Shown: one piece after another, positions 21,476-23,758 of the stretch
Numbering within the stretch: the first letter of the stretch is position 1
Layout: each line of letters begins with the position of its first letter
NCBI RefSeq assembly: GCF_004010195.1
Contig: NC_057718.1
Location: 18,561,689-18,585,446 of the forward strand
Source of the DNA: Chiloscyllium plagiosum
Taxonomy: Eukaryota
Direction: 5' to 3'
DNA: 23,758 nucleotides
Notes under the pieces: generated by a model
The model's database searches: none
What the model saw: the letters and a program-made list of their open reading frames with translations, nothing else
Told to the model about the DNA's origin: nothing
Made by a program: the position numbers and the translations under genes

Positions 21476-22418
21476 TGTGGTGTGATCCCAACTCCCCAAC
21501 CAAACTGAGTCCAATTTTAAAATGGCTTGCAGACGTTAAAGCAGAAGTACGGTTTATTCATGCATTCAACCCAAGGGAACAATTGTCACAACACACACAT
21601 GTACACAAATACGTAAGGAAAAAAGGGGGAAAAAAAAGAGTTTAAAATGATGAATTACTTAAAAATCAAAGATGTAGACATTAATTAATTTGTTTTATGT
21701 CTGATTCCAGAAAGGTGATGTCCAATGAGGTTTTGTTTTGTTGGAATGTGAATGCAGACAGGTGTAGTTGACTGAAGGCAGGATTCTGTGACACTTTTTA
21801 ACAGCGTTTGAAGAAATCACAACATGAGGTTGATCCACTTTTTAGATCAATATAAGATTCATCTTAGAAACAAGGTTTCACAGAGATTGAGTCTTGAGGC
21901 AGTCTTAGTTCAGCCTAGAGTCTGGCTTGTTGAGCTGGTCTTACATTCTTAGCAGCTTGATGTTAACAATAACTAGATTCTTGCCAGACTGAAACAATGT
22001 TGTCTTGGGATTACAGCTAACTTCTGCAAAGGCCAGGAAAAGGTTTTTGGCTTTTGACTCTTCCTAACTGAGTCAGTTTTCAATTTAACAATTGAATCCC
22101 ATCCCTTTAGGCAAAGGTTCAGTATTCATTTCAGAAGGTAAATGTGGCTATTAGCACATCCACACTTATAATTAGAATAAGTGCTATGCCAAGGCCCACT
22201 GTTCATTGCATGAGACAAATGATGATCCATTAGTGCCACTTCAGACATGATAGGTTTCAATAGCACTCCTTTGTTCTGGTTCTGGTGGGGAGACAAAGTC
22301 AGCTATTTCTTTGGGCAATTTGACTGAAATGCCTACATGATGGTCTAAACTCTGTCCTATTTATAATTTGCCAAAAATTGCATCATCTGATCAGAGGTGG
22401 CCATAACTTTGTCCAACA
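21476..22418 (-). mobile_element. Possible solo LTR (~940 bp) inserted between two L2 segments
   Basis: TG...CA termini, a near-TSD AAGC/AAGT, and AATAAA on the minus strand (21553-21558) about 80 bp from its 3' end. It sits between colinear L2 pieces. Confidence 0.45.
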
Positions 22419-22477
22419 AAGTTCATTTAAAAACTAAACAAATAGGTGTAATGTTTAAAATAATTTATGGTTTCTCT

Positions 22478-23195
22478 TTATGTTAGGAACAGCTTAAAGG
22501 AGGAAAGGGAGGTAAAGAAATGGAGGAGTTTAAGTAGGGAATTCCAACATTTGGTTCCTAGGCAGTTGAAGATTGCTACCCTGTCCCAAATATATTCGAA
22601 TTGGAATATTCATACCTTCAACTTCAAAAATGTCATAAATCTCACACATTTCATTGCATTATCAATGGTAGAAAGATTAATATGGTGGATAATCAAGAGA
22701 ATTGGAGGAACCTTAAAATCACATAAGTCTTCAGAACTGACGGAGGTTATAGATAGGAGCACAAATCATTTTTGAGGGTTTTTTTGAGCATTATTTGAGA
22801 TGGGAAGATGGGGACAGGAACACTTTTGAAAGCAAGGATGCGAATGTTAAAGCAAGGCGTTGTTTATCCTGAATCAATGAGCATGGAGTCATTGGTGAAC
22901 AACACAGCTGCAAAATAGGACACAGGCAGGAGAGTTTGGGTGACCTGAAATTTATAGAATGTAGAATGTGGGAGACCAACCAGGAGTGCATAATCAGTTA
23001 TAAATAGCTCAAACAGTAATTCCCAGATGAATGCATGAGGTGAAAAAGGCACTGGGGCCAAACAAAACTCTGAGGGAACACTTACAAGCAAGTGGATGAG
23101 ATTAAGGAGAACTTTGATGGTGAGTATGTGACAATTTTAAATTGAATGCATTGGGGACAGGGCAGAAAATGTCTTAAGTAAAAGGCGGGAGTGCA
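22478..23195 (-). mobile_element. L2-type LINE 3' portion (continuation of 21213-21390)
   Basis: CTTAAAGGAGGAAAGGGAGG...GGGAATTCCAACATTTGGTTCCTAGGCAGTTGAAG...AGAATTGGAGGA...TTTGAAAGCAAGGATGCGAATGTTAAA. The minus-strand ORF 22864-23091 contains HAFI...DY.LLVGLP.ST, resembling the L2 motif HAFVTSRLDYSNALLAGLP. Confidence 0.8.
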
Positions 23196-23511
23196 TCAAT
23201 TTTATATAATGTTAACCTGGTGACTCACATAATAAAATGGATCAGCAATTCTGACTATCTTTGAGTTGGGTGGTGAACCAAGCAGTTGTGAGTTTCAAGA
23301 AAATGTGCATCATTTGACACTGCACGGTTTACCATGTAATGGGATGATAGTCTGGCCAGGATAGTTCAGTGTTGACTCCATTCATAATAGATAAAATTTC
23401 TAATGTGGACTTGCTGGTTGTTGCAGACTAGGCGAACAATGGCTGGACCTGAAACCAAAGTACACAATTGGCATCAAAAAACAATGAGAACAATGCAGCA
23501 ACAAGAATCAG

Positions 23512-23758
23512 GTTGAAATTTTATTGCTGGAACAGCACAGCAGGTCAGGCAGCATCCAGGGAACAGGAGATTCGACGTTTCGGGCACAGGCCCTTCTTCA
23601 GGAATGAGCAGAGAGTGTTCAGCAGGAGAAGAGCATCCTTGTAAGAGGATTAGCAGTAGGTTGAAATCTTCGAGGAGAAAGTGAGGTCTGCAGATGCTGG
23701 AGATCAAAGTTGAAACTTTATTGCTGGAACAGCACAGCAGGTCAGGCAGCATCCAGGG
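23512..23758 (-). mobile_element. Young non-autonomous PLE derivative: tandem pLTRs with 197-bp period (runs off window)
   Basis: 23512-23561 and 23709-23758 are 49/50 identical. AATAAA lies on the minus strand at 23520-23525 and 23717-23722. 23675-23758 is homologous to the solo unit at 5338-5420. CpGs are retained. Confidence 0.9.
23570..23605 (-). ncRNA. Minimal type-I hammerhead ribozyme (PLE type)
   Basis: RNA 5'-AUUC CUGAAGA A GGGC-CUGU-GCCC GAAA C GUC^GAAU-3'. It has the full CUGANGA/GAAA core, a 4-bp helix II, helix I AUUC:GAAU and a palindromic ACGU in place of helix III. Predicted cleavage is between 23574 and 23573. Confidence 0.85.

Noticed and set aside
1..23758. ORF track entries (61-156 aa) as genes
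   Set aside because: Those with recognisable content are LINE, SINE, PLE or Gypsy fragments, often antisense or spanning element junctions (e.g. 4275-4565, 19665-20135, 7582-8031, 23474-23752). The rest have no recognisable domain or consistent exon structure.

Overview
Non-coding, repeat-rich vertebrate DNA (AT-rich, CpG-depleted), most likely intronic or intergenic sequence from a cartilaginous fish. This assignment rests on HE1-type V-SINEs, HER1/CR1-type LINE 3' ends and a Deu-domain SINE, recognised from memory of the consensus sequences rather than by database search. No intact host protein-coding gene, rRNA, tRNA gene or CRISPR array is supported. The listed ORFs are retroelement remnants or chance frames. 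Content: many decayed CR1/L2 LINE fragments (some nested), several tRNA-derived SINEs, two or three solo LTRs, a Gypsy (Gmr1-like) gag relic, and seven Penelope-like element (PLE) pieces. The main point of interest is a set of PLE-derived hammerhead-ribozyme units. These include an apparently intact minimal hammerhead in a 197-bp-period, non-coding, retrozyme-like repeat at the window end, and about 125-130 bp solo units with 10- and 14-bp target-site duplications. Other points are a 116-bp near-perfect direct repeat around a 74-bp core with TRIM-like features, and a repeat-free GATA/FOX-rich enhancer candidate.
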